Source: Propionibacteriaceae bacterium
Lineage (GTDB): Bacteria > Actinomycetota > Actinomycetes > Propionibacteriales > Propionibacteriaceae
Assembly: GCA_031256725.1 (NCBI GenBank)
Contig: JAIRQE010000010.1
Coordinates: 17,194 to 49,193 of the forward strand
Direction of reading: 5' to 3'
DNA: 32,000 nucleotides
Shown here one piece after another: positions 23,679 through 32,000 of this stretch (position 1 is the stretch's first letter; each line of letters starts with the position of its first letter). Below the pieces are notes generated by a model. The model was not told the origin of the DNA. It did not search any database and saw nothing but the letters and a program-made list of their open reading frames with translations. Both the position numbers and the translations under genes were made by a program.

Positions 23679-24800
23679 ATGAGGGAGAACCTAGTGGGAA
23701 AGCGGATACTTTTTCTGTTTTCGGATACAGGAGGGGGACATCGCGCGGCTACGAATGCCATTATTGAGGCTTTGGACTTGGAGTTTCCAGGAGAATTCAA
23801 GGCCGACAAAATCGACTTCCTGAGGTACTATTCCCCAACACCTCTGAGGTATTCCCCCGAACTTTATCCTCCCTTGTCGCGTATGAGAATGACATGGAAG
23901 GTCTCCTATGAGGCTGCCAATGGGCCCATGAGATCCCGGGCAGTGAACAAGCTCACTTATCCCTATCTCCGCCGCTCCGCCAAGCGTCTCCTTGAAGAGA
24001 ATCCAGCCGATCTGATTGTTTCGGTACACCCCCTCGCGAATGCTGTGATTCCTCGCGTCATGAGGCGCAACCCCATTCCCTTTGTCACCGTCGTCACGGA
24101 CATGGTCTCCACCCATGCCTTCTGGTATTCACCTGCTGCCGATATGATCCTGGTTCCGACCTATCAGGCCAAGAATCGTGGATTACGTTTAGGAATCCCC
24201 TCATCCAGGATCAAGGTCGTTGGTCAGCCAGTGTCGCCAATGTTTGGCGAGATTCCCGAGACTAAGGAGCAACTCAAAAAGGAACACGGCTGGGGGAAGC
24301 CAGTCGTACTCCTCGTAGGTGGTGGCGATGGAATGGGGCCAGTACGTCGCGTAGCACGCGCCATCAACGAATCCGAGCTACCTGTCACCCTGGCGGTTAT
24401 TTGCGGTCGCAACGAGGAGTTGTACGCTGACCTCACCAAGCTCAAATGGAAGATCCCGCACTTCCTTTACGGATTCACCTCCGAGATGCCCAGGTACATG
24501 AAAGCTGCCGATATCTTCGTTACCAAGGCTGGTCCGGGGTCAATCTCTGAGGCCTTCATCTGCGGACTGCCGATCGTGCTCTACTCCTATCTTCCTGGTC
24601 AAGAGATTGGCAATGTTGACTACGTATTAGACGGGCACGCAGGTACTTTTGCTCCCGATCCCACCTCAGTTGTTGAAGCCATCAGGCTACTAGTTGAAGA
24701 TGAGACCGCACGCGAAGAAATGTCGACCGCAAGTTTGAAACTCGCTCGCCCAGATGCGGCAAGAGAGATCGCCCGCCTCCTAGCCCAACAACTCGAGTGA
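23679..24800 (+). CDS. MGDG-synthase-like / GT28 family diacylglycerol glycosyltransferase
   Basis: KRILFLFSDTGGGHRAATNAIIEAL is the MGDG_synth N-terminal signature. The C-terminal half is GT28-like (VLLVGGGDGMG..., TKAGPGSISEA). Confidence 0.8.
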   Translation: MRENLVGKRILFLFSDTGGGHRAATNAIIEALDLEFPGEFKADKIDFLRYYSPTPLRYSPELYPPLSRMRMTWKVSYEAANGPMRSRAVNKLTYPYLRRSAKRLLEENPADLIVSVHPLANAVIPRVMRRNPIPFVTVVTDMVSTHAFWYSPAADMILVPTYQAKNRGLRLGIPSSRIKVVGQPVSPMFGEIPETKEQLKKEHGWGKPVVLLVGGGDGMGPVRRVARAINESELPVTLAVICGRNEELYADLTKLKWKIPHFLYGFTSEMPRYMKAADIFVTKAGPGSISEAFICGLPIVLYSYLPGQEIGNVDYVLDGHAGTFAPDPTSVVEAIRLLVEDETAREEMSTASLKLARPDAAREIARLLAQQLE

Positions 24801-24860
24801 GCCCAGGTTGTGGAGGCAGCCCACATTCCATTGCATGAAACATGAATCCATAGCTGTTCA

Positions 24861-25062
24861 GCGGGGATGAGGTACATCTGTTGCGAACCGTATTCCCGAG
24901 CGGAGCAGTTGTTTCCCCTCAGGGAAACACCTGCATGAGCGTGTTCGCAATAGATGTCCCTCATCCCGCGCACATCAGCAGTTAAGAATCCTGTTTCATC
25001 GGTGTAAGCGTATTGGAGACAGAAGTACCACCCCCGCACATCAGTAACGACGAAGAATCCTA
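24861..25062 (-). repeat. structured intergenic repeat element, copy B (inverted relative to copy A, with an extra partial unit)
   Basis: The arms are gcggggatgaggtacatctgttgcgaac (24861-24888) and gttcgcaatagatgtccctcatcccgc (24943-24969). The inner hairpin gtttccc-ctca-gggaaac lies at 24911-28. A third arm-like copy lies at ~25004-25037. The direct repeat CGCACATCAG..AAGAATCCT occurs at ~24969-24992 and ~25036-25062. Confidence 0.85.
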
Positions 25063-25172
25063 TTCCCAGCATCTATACAACTGCGTGAAACCTGGGATCA
25101 ACGCTAGGATGTCTTCGGACACTGCGGGGGTCGCTGGTGTCCACAGTCTACGATTGGTCCAAAGGAGTTTCT

Positions 25173-26375
25173 ATGTCCGTGTTTTCTACCCTCGAAATGG
25201 CGCCCAGAGATCCCATTTTGGGACTGACCGAGGCTTTTGTGGCAGATTCCTCACCTGACAAGGTGAATCTCGGTGTTGGCGTCTACCTTGATGAGAAGGG
25301 TGCAGTCCCCCTCATGGCATGCGTCAGGCAAGCCGAACAGGGGTTGGCTTCCCAGTCTCGCCCCCGAGGGTACCTCCCCATGACGGGGATGGCCCCCTAC
25401 AACACAGCAGTCCAAGAACTGGTTTTCGGTGAGAATAGTTCGGTTCTTGCGGACCAGCGTGTTGCGACCCTTCAATCTGTTGCTGGTACAGGGGCCCTGC
25501 GCGTGGGGGCTGGATTGCTGAAGCTCGCCTCACCGAATGCGAAGGTACTCCTATCCAACCCTTCATGGGAGAACCATGAGTTGATCTTCACTCGTGCTGG
25601 GTTTACCACTGGTGTCTATCGCTACTATGACTCCCAATCGGGTGGCGTTGATGTGGACGGGATGATCGCTGATCTTTCAGCGGCTGAAGCAGGTACGATT
25701 GTGCTCCTTCATGCCTCATGTCACAACCCGACCGGATGTGACCTCACCCAAGCCGACTGGGATCGTGTCGTTGAAGTCATCAAGCAGCGTCATCTCGTAC
25801 CCTTTGTTGACATGGCCTACCAGGGGTTCGCTCATGGTCTGGTTGAGGATTGCTATTCTGTGACCCTTTTCGCCGAGTCGGGGATCCCCTTCGTACTCGC
25901 GAATTCTTTCTCCAAGAACTTCGCCCTCTATGGCGAGCGCATCGGCGCAGTCCACTTCATTTGTGCAGATCAGGCTGAGGCTGATCGTACCCTCTCTCAA
26001 GCCAAGTTGGTTGTGCGTGCAATGTACTCGAACCCTCCAACCCAGGGTGCTGCCGTTGTAACAGCGATTCTGACGAACCCTGAACTCAGGGCATCCTGGG
26101 ATGCGGAATTGGCTGAGATGCGTGATCGTATCAAAAAGATGAGGGTCCAATTCCGTTCCGGGCTGGAAGCTGCGGGGGTTAATCATGACCTTAGCTACAT
26201 CACAACCCAGGAGGGATTGTTCTCCTACTCGGGTTTGTCAGTAGCCCAGATGGAGCGCTTGCGCAGTGAGTACCACATCTATGGTCTGGATTCCGGACGT
26301 CTGTGTATCGCTGGCTTGAACGAGCACAACATGGATCGTGTGGTGACCGCTGTTGCCGAGGTCATGGGTTCCTAA
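25173..26375 (+). CDS. aspC: aspartate/aromatic amino acid aminotransferase (class I, AspC/TyrB-like)
   Basis: MSVFSTLEMAPRDPILGLTEAF, NPSWENH, HNPTG and SFSKNFALYGERIGA (PLP lysine) parallel E. coli AspC. The start is at 25173, with aaaggag 5 nt upstream. I reject the ORF-track GTG start at 25137. Confidence 0.92.
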   Translation: MSVFSTLEMAPRDPILGLTEAFVADSSPDKVNLGVGVYLDEKGAVPLMACVRQAEQGLASQSRPRGYLPMTGMAPYNTAVQELVFGENSSVLADQRVATLQSVAGTGALRVGAGLLKLASPNAKVLLSNPSWENHELIFTRAGFTTGVYRYYDSQSGGVDVDGMIADLSAAEAGTIVLLHASCHNPTGCDLTQADWDRVVEVIKQRHLVPFVDMAYQGFAHGLVEDCYSVTLFAESGIPFVLANSFSKNFALYGERIGAVHFICADQAEADRTLSQAKLVVRAMYSNPPTQGAAVVTAILTNPELRASWDAELAEMRDRIKKMRVQFRSGLEAAGVNHDLSYITTQEGLFSYSGLSVAQMERLRSEYHIYGLDSGRLCIAGLNEHNMDRVVTAVAEVMGS

Positions 26376-26391
26376 GTTATTCCTTCGTCAT

Positions 26392-26428
26392 TCCCCTGAC
26401 ACCAGAATGTCCCCTGACACCAGAATCT
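26392..26428 (+). repeat. 18-bp tandem direct repeat (cccctgacaccagaatNt x2) in the patatin-gene promoter region
   Basis: Period-18 identity runs from 26392 to 26428 with one mismatch (26409 versus 26427). The repeat lies just after the aspC stop. Confidence 0.9.
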
Positions 26429-26440
26429 GCTAGAAGTCAC

Positions 26441-26446
26441 TACACT
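26441..26446 (+). promoter_or_regulatory. -10 box TACACT of a leaderless patatin-gene transcript
   Basis: TACACT is followed by 6 nt (gtgagt) and the ATG at 26453. Confidence 0.5.
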
Positions 26447-26452
26447 GTGAGT

Positions 26453-27811
26453 ATGCGTAAGCGAGTTTGGTTGGATCGCCTGTTGTCTTTGACCCATCTT
26501 GAGCAGACTAAGGCTCGAGGGGGCAATGATGGATTGGTCATTTCGGGTGGGGGCTCGCGTGCGAGTTTTCAGTTGGGGGCACTGAGGTACCTCTATGACA
26601 ACTGTGGAATTACGCCCACCAGGATCGTGGGTACTTCCGCTGGTTCCATCGTTGGTTCTATGCTTGCCCAGTCCATGGATCCCGCTGAGCAATCAGAGTA
26701 TCTGGGCAAACTTGAAGAGTGCTGGTTGGCGATGAGTGAACCTTCCGAGATGTTCACTGAACAGGCATGGTTCGCCAGGTTCAAGGATCAGTGGAGCGAG
26801 ATCGCGGATGTCATGCCCGAACAGGAGGAGCCTGAAGTCCTCTTCGTTGATGGTGAACAGTCAGATTCGGAGGCCCTCGTCAAAGAGGCTCTTGATTTTG
26901 ATCCCTCGGATAACAATGATTTCAACCTTTCTATGGCTTTCCATCTCTTGGGTTCCTTGGGTCGCATCGGCAAGGTCGGTGCTGGACTAGCCACATCCTG
27001 GCGTGGTGCAGAACGTGCAGCTTCCGCATATCGGCCGGGCCCGATCGTACATCGCCTTCTATTTGAAACAGGCTTTTCTCCAGAAGCGGTACGTACCTCC
27101 GGCGTGGAACTGCGTTTGGCCATGGTGGGTCTGAATTCTGGGGAGTTGCACTTCATGCGTCAAGACGGGATCCTCGTGGATACTGAAGATCAACCCATCA
27201 GAGATCAGACGAGTGAATTGACTCTCGGCATCTGGGCATCCTGTTCCATTCCTGGGGTTTTTCGTCCTATTCGGATTGGTGAAGAACTCTATGTTGACGG
27301 TGGGGTGAGGGAGAACGTACCCGTGGAGATGGCTGTCAGCAAACTGGGTGCGACCAAGCCCTATGTCATTGTGAGTTCTCCGCCCGGCGCAGCTATTCCG
27401 AGGTTGGAAGCCCGAGACATCGTTTCCATCATGCTTCGTAGTCTGACGATCCTCTTCGACGAAGCCATCCAGGATGAGGTTGCCTGGGCCCGTCACTCAG
27501 GTGCAGTCGTCATTGAACCCCTGATTTCAGTACATGGCCCCATGGACGTGGATAATGGCCTTCTCAGGATCAACCGTGACTACGGTTGGATGCGCGCTGC
27601 AGAGGTCATCACTGGCGCCGAACCGGGTACGACAGGCGCGATCGTTGAAGCTCGTATGGCGCTGTGGCGGGAGCTTAACGCCAATGTGGACGCCCGTACC
27701 ATCAAGAAAGCCCGCAAGGAGTTACGTGCTGCCATCAAGGGTGTCGACAGCCAACTCCTGCCCGAGGGACACCAGGATTGGCCCGAGGAAACCTGGCCTC
27801 GTACTTCCTAA
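26453..27811 (+). CDS. patatin-like phospholipase
   Basis: The oxyanion motif is ISGGGSRASFQLG, the nucleophile elbow is GTSAGS, and the catalytic Asp motif is YVDGGVRENVP. The start is at 26453. The ORF-track extension to 26303 overlaps the aspC 3' end and I reject it. Confidence 0.88.
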   Translation: MRKRVWLDRLLSLTHLEQTKARGGNDGLVISGGGSRASFQLGALRYLYDNCGITPTRIVGTSAGSIVGSMLAQSMDPAEQSEYLGKLEECWLAMSEPSEMFTEQAWFARFKDQWSEIADVMPEQEEPEVLFVDGEQSDSEALVKEALDFDPSDNNDFNLSMAFHLLGSLGRIGKVGAGLATSWRGAERAASAYRPGPIVHRLLFETGFSPEAVRTSGVELRLAMVGLNSGELHFMRQDGILVDTEDQPIRDQTSELTLGIWASCSIPGVFRPIRIGEELYVDGGVRENVPVEMAVSKLGATKPYVIVSSPPGAAIPRLEARDIVSIMLRSLTILFDEAIQDEVAWARHSGAVVIEPLISVHGPMDVDNGLLRINRDYGWMRAAEVITGAEPGTTGAIVEARMALWRELNANVDARTIKKARKELRAAIKGVDSQLLPEGHQDWPEETWPRTS

Positions 27812-27936
27812 TGGAGACCCCAGTTATGGGCATCACCAGCCCGCCTCATCACTCAAACAAAAATCTATTCTATAGCGCAGGATTGCTAGCGCAGAAGTCG
27901 TGAACCGAAACCCTCAACACCCATGCCTCAAAGCGG

Positions 27937-27942
27937 TAGAGT
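27937..27942 (+). promoter_or_regulatory. -10 box TAGAGT of a leaderless gpmA transcript
   Basis: TAGAGT is followed by 6 nt (agcccc) and the ATG at 27949. Confidence 0.5.
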
Positions 27943-27948
27943 AGCCCC

Positions 27949-28698
27949 ATGACGTACACATTGATTCTTCTCAGGCATGGCGAATCCGAATGGAACGCCC
28001 TCAATCTGTTCACTGGTTGGGTGGACGTGGATATCAACGCAAAGGGTGTGGGTGAAGCCAAGAGGGGGGCTGAGCTCTTGAAGGCCCAGAACCTTCTCCC
28101 CGATGTGGTGCACACTTCTGTACTTCGCAGGGCGATTCACACCGCGTACCTTGCTCTTGATGGATGTGATCGTCATTGGGTGCCGGTACGTCGCTCGTGG
28201 AGGTTGAATGAGCGCCACTACGGGGCACTCCAGGGCAAGGACAAGACCCAAATTCGTGACGAGTTTGGTGAGGAACAGTTCATGGAGTGGAGGCGTTCCT
28301 ATGACACACCGCCACCAGTGATCGAGGATTCGTCTGAGTTCTCGCAGTTCCATGATCCACGCTATGCCATGCTTCCGGTCGAGGCTCGCCCTCGTACAGA
28401 ATGCCTCAAGGATGTCCTTGTCAGAGCTCTCCCATATTGGTACGACTCAATCGTTCCTGATCTAATCGGTGGCAATAAGGTACTCGTGGCTGCCCACGGA
28501 AATAGCCTTAGAGCTATCGTGAAGCACCTCGACTCTATCTCTGACGCTGATATCGCGGGCCTGAATATTCCAACAGGAATCCCGCTGCTCTATGAGTTGG
28601 ATAACAATTTCAAGCCCATCGCTCCTGGTGGACGTTACCTTGATCCAGAAGCGGCTGCTGCATCCATTGAGGCAGTCAAGAATCAGGGCAAGAAGTAG
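27949..28698 (+). CDS. gpmA: 2,3-bisphosphoglycerate-dependent phosphoglycerate mutase
   Basis: [27 protein letters not shown] contains the RHGE catalytic motif. Also present are ERHYGALQG and AAHGNSLRA. Confidence 0.97.
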   Translation: MTYTLILLRHGESEWNALNLFTGWVDVDINAKGVGEAKRGAELLKAQNLLPDVVHTSVLRRAIHTAYLALDGCDRHWVPVRRSWRLNERHYGALQGKDKTQIRDEFGEEQFMEWRRSYDTPPPVIEDSSEFSQFHDPRYAMLPVEARPRTECLKDVLVRALPYWYDSIVPDLIGGNKVLVAAHGNSLRAIVKHLDSISDADIAGLNIPTGIPLLYELDNNFKPIAPGGRYLDPEAAAASIEAVKNQGKK

Positions 28699-28815
28699 GA
28701 CAGTTTCCGCTTCAGTACACGGTTCCTGCGTAGATTACACTCCGTAATCTCGCAGTGGGTAGGGACAGTCCTCAATCGGGTGACCCCTCGGGTCAATCTA
28801 TTACTTTTCTCGTGA

Positions 28816-28821
28816 TAGAAT
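28816..28821 (+). promoter_or_regulatory. -10 box TAGAAT (extended TGaTAGAAT) upstream of carD
   Basis: cgTGaTAGAATag lies ~28 nt upstream of the carD ATG. The SD gaaaggg lies between them. Confidence 0.45.
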
Positions 28822-28849
28822 AGATGTCGGCAGAAAGGGTCCGAAGCTT

Positions 28850-29344
28850 ATGTCATTCACTATTGGTGAGACTGTTGTCTATCCCAATCATGGGGCTGCT
28901 GTTATCGAAGATATCGAAACCCGTACCATCAAAGGTGAGGACAAGCTCTATCTGGTTCTACGAATAGTGGGCCAATCGGATCTCGTTGTCAGAGTCCCCG
29001 CTTGTAATCTTGATCTCGTTGGCGTGCGCGATGTTGTGTGCGGCGAGGATCTTGAGCGGGTCTTTAACGTACTTAAAGCATCAGACGTCGAAGAGCCCAC
29101 GAACTGGTCGAGGCGGTTCAAAGCCAACCTTGAGAAGATCCACTCCGGGAATGTAGTGAAGGTCGCTGAGGTTGTACGTGATCTGTGGCGCCGTGAGCGC
29201 GATCGCGGATTGTCGGCAGGCGAGAAGAGGATGTTGGCGAAGGCCCGTCAGAATCTCGTGTCCGAACTTGCCTTAGCTGAGCGTGTTGATGAGGCACGGG
29301 CGGAGGAACTTCTCGACGAAGTCTTGGCCTCCGTCTCTGCGTGA
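28850..29344 (+). CDS. carD: CarD-family RNA polymerase-binding transcription regulator
   Basis: [38 protein letters not shown] is the CarD/TRCF-RID signature. The carD-ispD-ispF synteny is conserved in actinobacteria. Confidence 0.95.
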   Translation: MSFTIGETVVYPNHGAAVIEDIETRTIKGEDKLYLVLRIVGQSDLVVRVPACNLDLVGVRDVVCGEDLERVFNVLKASDVEEPTNWSRRFKANLEKIHSGNVVKVAEVVRDLWRRERDRGLSAGEKRMLAKARQNLVSELALAERVDEARAEELLDEVLASVSA

Positions 29345-30024
29345 TCCCCGCCACGAGAGAAGAGGTCGCTGCCATTGTTGTAGCGGCCGGTTCGGGTGTG
29401 CGCCTAGGTCGTGAACTTCCCAAAGCGGCCATCGAAATCGCAGGCGTACCCATGGTCGCTCGCGCTGTTCAAGCCATGTTCGCTGGCGGTGCTGATCTCG
29501 TTGTTGTTGTTGCCCCCGAGGTGTGGGTGGAGAGGTTCGCCCAATTCTTCCCCACGTACGCGGACCGAGTGAAGGTGATTCCTGGTGGCCTCATGCGTCA
29601 GGATTCGGTACGTATAGGTCTAGCCCATATTGGCTCCGCCGAGATTGTCTTGGTTCACGACGCGGCCCGTCCGCTCGTACCTCCTTTCATCGTGGATCGT
29701 GTCATTGAAGCGGTACGAGATGGAGCCCCCGCAGTGATCCCTGTGGTACCCCAAGTCGACTCTCTTCGTAGGATCCGTCGCAACTGGACTGTCGCTGTGG
29801 ATCGCTCAACCTTCTTAAGGGTACAAACCCCTCAAGGTTTTGAGGCTGACGTTCTGCGTACAGCCCATGCAAACGTTGGGGACAAAGAGTTCACTGATGA
29901 TGCAACCATGTGCGAGGCCATTGACATTCCCGTTATGACTGTTCCCGGTGATGGACTGGCTTTCAAGATCACTGAGCCTATGGATCTGGTTCTGGCAGAG
30001 GTCATCGCCCGAGGTGAGTCATGA
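29341..30024 (+). CDS. ispD: 2-C-methyl-D-erythritol 4-phosphate cytidylyltransferase
   Basis: [24 protein letters not shown] and QTPQGF are present. The GTG start overlaps the carD stop (GTGA). Confidence 0.93.
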   Translation: MIPATREEVAAIVVAAGSGVRLGRELPKAAIEIAGVPMVARAVQAMFAGGADLVVVVAPEVWVERFAQFFPTYADRVKVIPGGLMRQDSVRIGLAHIGSAEIVLVHDAARPLVPPFIVDRVIEAVRDGAPAVIPVVPQVDSLRRIRRNWTVAVDRSTFLRVQTPQGFEADVLRTAHANVGDKEFTDDATMCEAIDIPVMTVPGDGLAFKITEPMDLVLAEVIARGES

Positions 30025-30512
30025 CCGAATCATTGGCGGGAATTCGTGCCGGTATCGGGGTTGATGCTCACCAACTCAGTGACGGTCGCCCCATGTACCT
30101 CGCGGGTCTGGTCTTCGAGGAGGAATCCCAAGGTCTTGAGGGTCATTCCGATGGGGATGTCGCCTGTCACGCAATCTGTGATGCACTGTTGTCGGCTTGT
30201 AGTTTGGGTGATCTTGGCGAGGTTTTTGGTACCTCCGACCCAAGGTGGGCAGGAGCCTCAGGAGCCACTCTCGTAGGTGAGGTTGTACGCTTAGTACATC
30301 AAGCAGGTTTCCAGGTCGGCAATGTGGCTGTCCAGATCATCGGAAATCACCCCAAGGTGTCCCCCCGACGTCGAGAAGCCGAAGAGGTTTTGACCGCGAT
30401 TGTGGGTGCCCCAGTGTCAGTATCAGCAACCTCCACCGATGGAATGGGTTTCACTGGCCGATCCGAAGGGGTGATGGCTATCGCCAGCGCTCTAGTGTTG
30501 AGGTTGACTTAG
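30021..30512 (+). CDS. ispF: 2-C-methyl-D-erythritol 2,4-cyclodiphosphate synthase
   Basis: [27 protein letters not shown] and the C-terminal FTGRSEGV are present. The ATG overlaps the ispD stop (ATGA). Confidence 0.95.
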   Translation: MTESLAGIRAGIGVDAHQLSDGRPMYLAGLVFEEESQGLEGHSDGDVACHAICDALLSACSLGDLGEVFGTSDPRWAGASGATLVGEVVRLVHQAGFQVGNVAVQIIGNHPKVSPRRREAEEVLTAIVGAPVSVSATSTDGMGFTGRSEGVMAIASALVLRLT

Positions 30513-30646
30513 GCAGCGGTCATTTTCCTGGATCGATGGGCATAACTCTCGCGTAGGAGAGCCAAAATTCTTGGGGGATCACGACCCGCGATGGGAGGTT
30601 TGCTTTTTTGTTCTTGCAGCCGCTGCCTTGACTGGGTTTGCGTCCA

Positions 30647-31798
30647 TTAACCAACCTGGTCTTCTTCGGCGGTGAAGGTATTGCACACGGAGGGGAGGGT
30701 GCTCGCTAATCCCTGATTGGTCCACCATGCTCTGTTGCTTCCCAAGCCGTGGTCATCGGCATAGGGGGTACTTCCACCAAGAGATGAGAAGATTGCCTCG
30801 ATATTGTGTCGATCAGACTGAGTCAAATCGGTGGATTCGGCAACAGAGTTCAAGAAGAGCCCAGTGAAACAGTCGGCCTGCATTTCCAGTCGACGTGAGG
30901 CACTCATCCTCGTGTCCTCATCCTCGGCTTCGTACTCCAAAACCATCTCTGAATAGAGGATCATGGTTCTGTACTGTACGGCGTGACCAAACTCGTGGGC
31001 GATGATCGATTCGGCCAGGAATCTCATGGGGCGAATGGCGGGTGGGAAGGCCTCGATGAGGTTCTTCGCGTAGTACACCTGCTGGTCGGCTGAACAGTAG
31101 ACAGCGTTGTACATGGGCAATTCCCCGCATCGTGTTGTAACCGCTGAGTTGTATACCGTGACTGAGGGGCGTGGTAGGAGGTACCCAGCATTCGTGACTG
31201 GCGGGTACCATGCCTTCATCAAACATCCCACGAAATCATTCATATGCTGCTCAATAGCTGCCTGAGCTCCGAACTCCAGATCCACATTGTCGATCTGACA
31301 ATCCGTGGGTGGCATGGCTTCCAAGAAGAGGGGATTGTTGAGTAGTGCAGCACGTACATCATCCCAGGTGTCAGGCATGGGTGCCTCGGGTGGGTTCAAA
31401 TCAGGCAGACCAGGTTGGTACTTGCCCGATTCACTACTGGGGTTGGGTGGGGTGTAGGTCGGTGGGGTATAGGTTGGTCGCTCCTGTACCTCGTTGAGGG
31501 AGGAGAAAAAGGAGCTCATCATAGGCAGGACAACAATAAGGACGAAAACGATCAGGATGATCGTTGGAAGCATAGACTTTTTCTGAGCGGGTCTCCCGCC
31601 CCAATGACTCGTTTGAGGTGGGTACCCCATCTGGACCTGAGGATAACCCTGGGTCTGGGGGTAACCAAATTGCGAGGTCTGTGAGCCTTGAACGGGCTGC
31701 CATCCTGGGCGAGCCTGTTGCCAGGAGGTACTGGGGTGTCCAGTGGGTCCTGGGTACTGAGGGCTCGTGGGAGGTCCCCATGGTCCTGTTTGGGTCAT
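30647..31798 (-). CDS. membrane-anchored neutral zinc metallopeptidase (YpfJ-like) with P/Q/G/Y-rich N-terminal region
   Basis: The protein has a HEFGH zinc motif (IAHEFGHAVQ), a single TM helix (LPTIILIVFVLIVVLPMM) and an N-terminal low-complexity region (PQYPGPTGHP...QGYPQVQMGYPPQ). Confidence 0.85.
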   Translation of the reverse strand: MTQTGPWGPPTSPQYPGPTGHPSTSWQQARPGWQPVQGSQTSQFGYPQTQGYPQVQMGYPPQTSHWGGRPAQKKSMLPTIILIVFVLIVVLPMMSSFFSSLNEVQERPTYTPPTYTPPNPSSESGKYQPGLPDLNPPEAPMPDTWDDVRAALLNNPLFLEAMPPTDCQIDNVDLEFGAQAAIEQHMNDFVGCLMKAWYPPVTNAGYLLPRPSVTVYNSAVTTRCGELPMYNAVYCSADQQVYYAKNLIEAFPPAIRPMRFLAESIIAHEFGHAVQYRTMILYSEMVLEYEAEDEDTRMSASRRLEMQADCFTGLFLNSVAESTDLTQSDRHNIEAIFSSLGGSTPYADDHGLGSNRAWWTNQGLASTLPSVCNTFTAEEDQVG

Positions 31799-32000
31799 GG
31801 GTCAAGGATACATCGTGAAAGCCTTAACTCATGATCGTGAAGCAGAAATTGAGCTATTTCTCTTGCTCTACATTGTTGACTACCGAAGTCGATCATGTCA
31901 AATTGCCCGCGAAACATGACCCGTGTATCACATGGTTTTTGCCCGCGAAATCAGGTGGTGAGTCTGATCCCGGATGGGTCAGGTAAGGGCCTGGTTTGAC

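Noticed and set aside
30511-30629. aggcagcgg / ccgctgcct 9-bp inverted repeat plus a T6 run as a terminator between ispF and the peptidase gene
   Set aside because: The arms are ~100 nt apart. The T-run precedes rather than follows the right arm, and no compact GC-rich stem abuts a T-tract on either strand.

Overview
The window looks like a chromosomal segment of a moderate-GC actinobacterium. The supporting gene set is rpoA-rplQ, serS, a groES-groEL operon with a His-rich GroEL tail and two CIRCE operators, mshA/mshB-like genes, mnmA with a cysteine desulfurase, gpmA, and carD-ispD-ispF. I recognised no rRNA, tRNA, CRISPR array, transposase or integrase by eye. Most of the window is housekeeping or transport genes, and many appear to be leaderless: a TANNNT -10 hexamer sits 6-7 nt before the start codon, which lets me correct several start sites in the ORF track. 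Eight things stand out. (1) Five small (67-73 aa) paralogous genes lie in tandem between serS and a Cof-type HAD gene (4413-5972). They are DUF4177-like, fall into two subtypes in the order A-B-A-B-B, and one copy carries an in-frame TGA at a conserved Arg codon. Conserved promoter/leader cassettes and a conserved hairpin repeat sit between the copies. (2) An ABC 'ATPase' (10326-12068) is paired with an 853-aa double-FtsX permease. It has lost every catalytic motif residue I can align and carries a ~340-aa disordered N-terminal extension. (3) A structured ~100-nt inverted-repeat element occurs at two distant intergenic sites in opposite orientation (20895-20992 and 24861-25062). (4) Tandem direct repeats with a related motif (ATTCTG-N2-3-TCAGGGG) end exactly 12 bp upstream of the -10 boxes of two unrelated leaderless genes, serS and a patatin-like lipase gene. 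(5) A 22-bp stem in which both non-Watson-Crick pairs are G:U only on the + strand lies between the ybjQ-like gene and mshA. (6) A small AT-richer accessory patch between rplQ and serS holds an orphan ORF, vapBC and a RhuM gene remnant. (7) A C/A-only tract with C9 and C7 runs lies within that patch. (8) Several proteins carry long P/Q/Y-rich or acidic low-complexity extensions. All family assignments come from motif recognition by eye. No database search was run.
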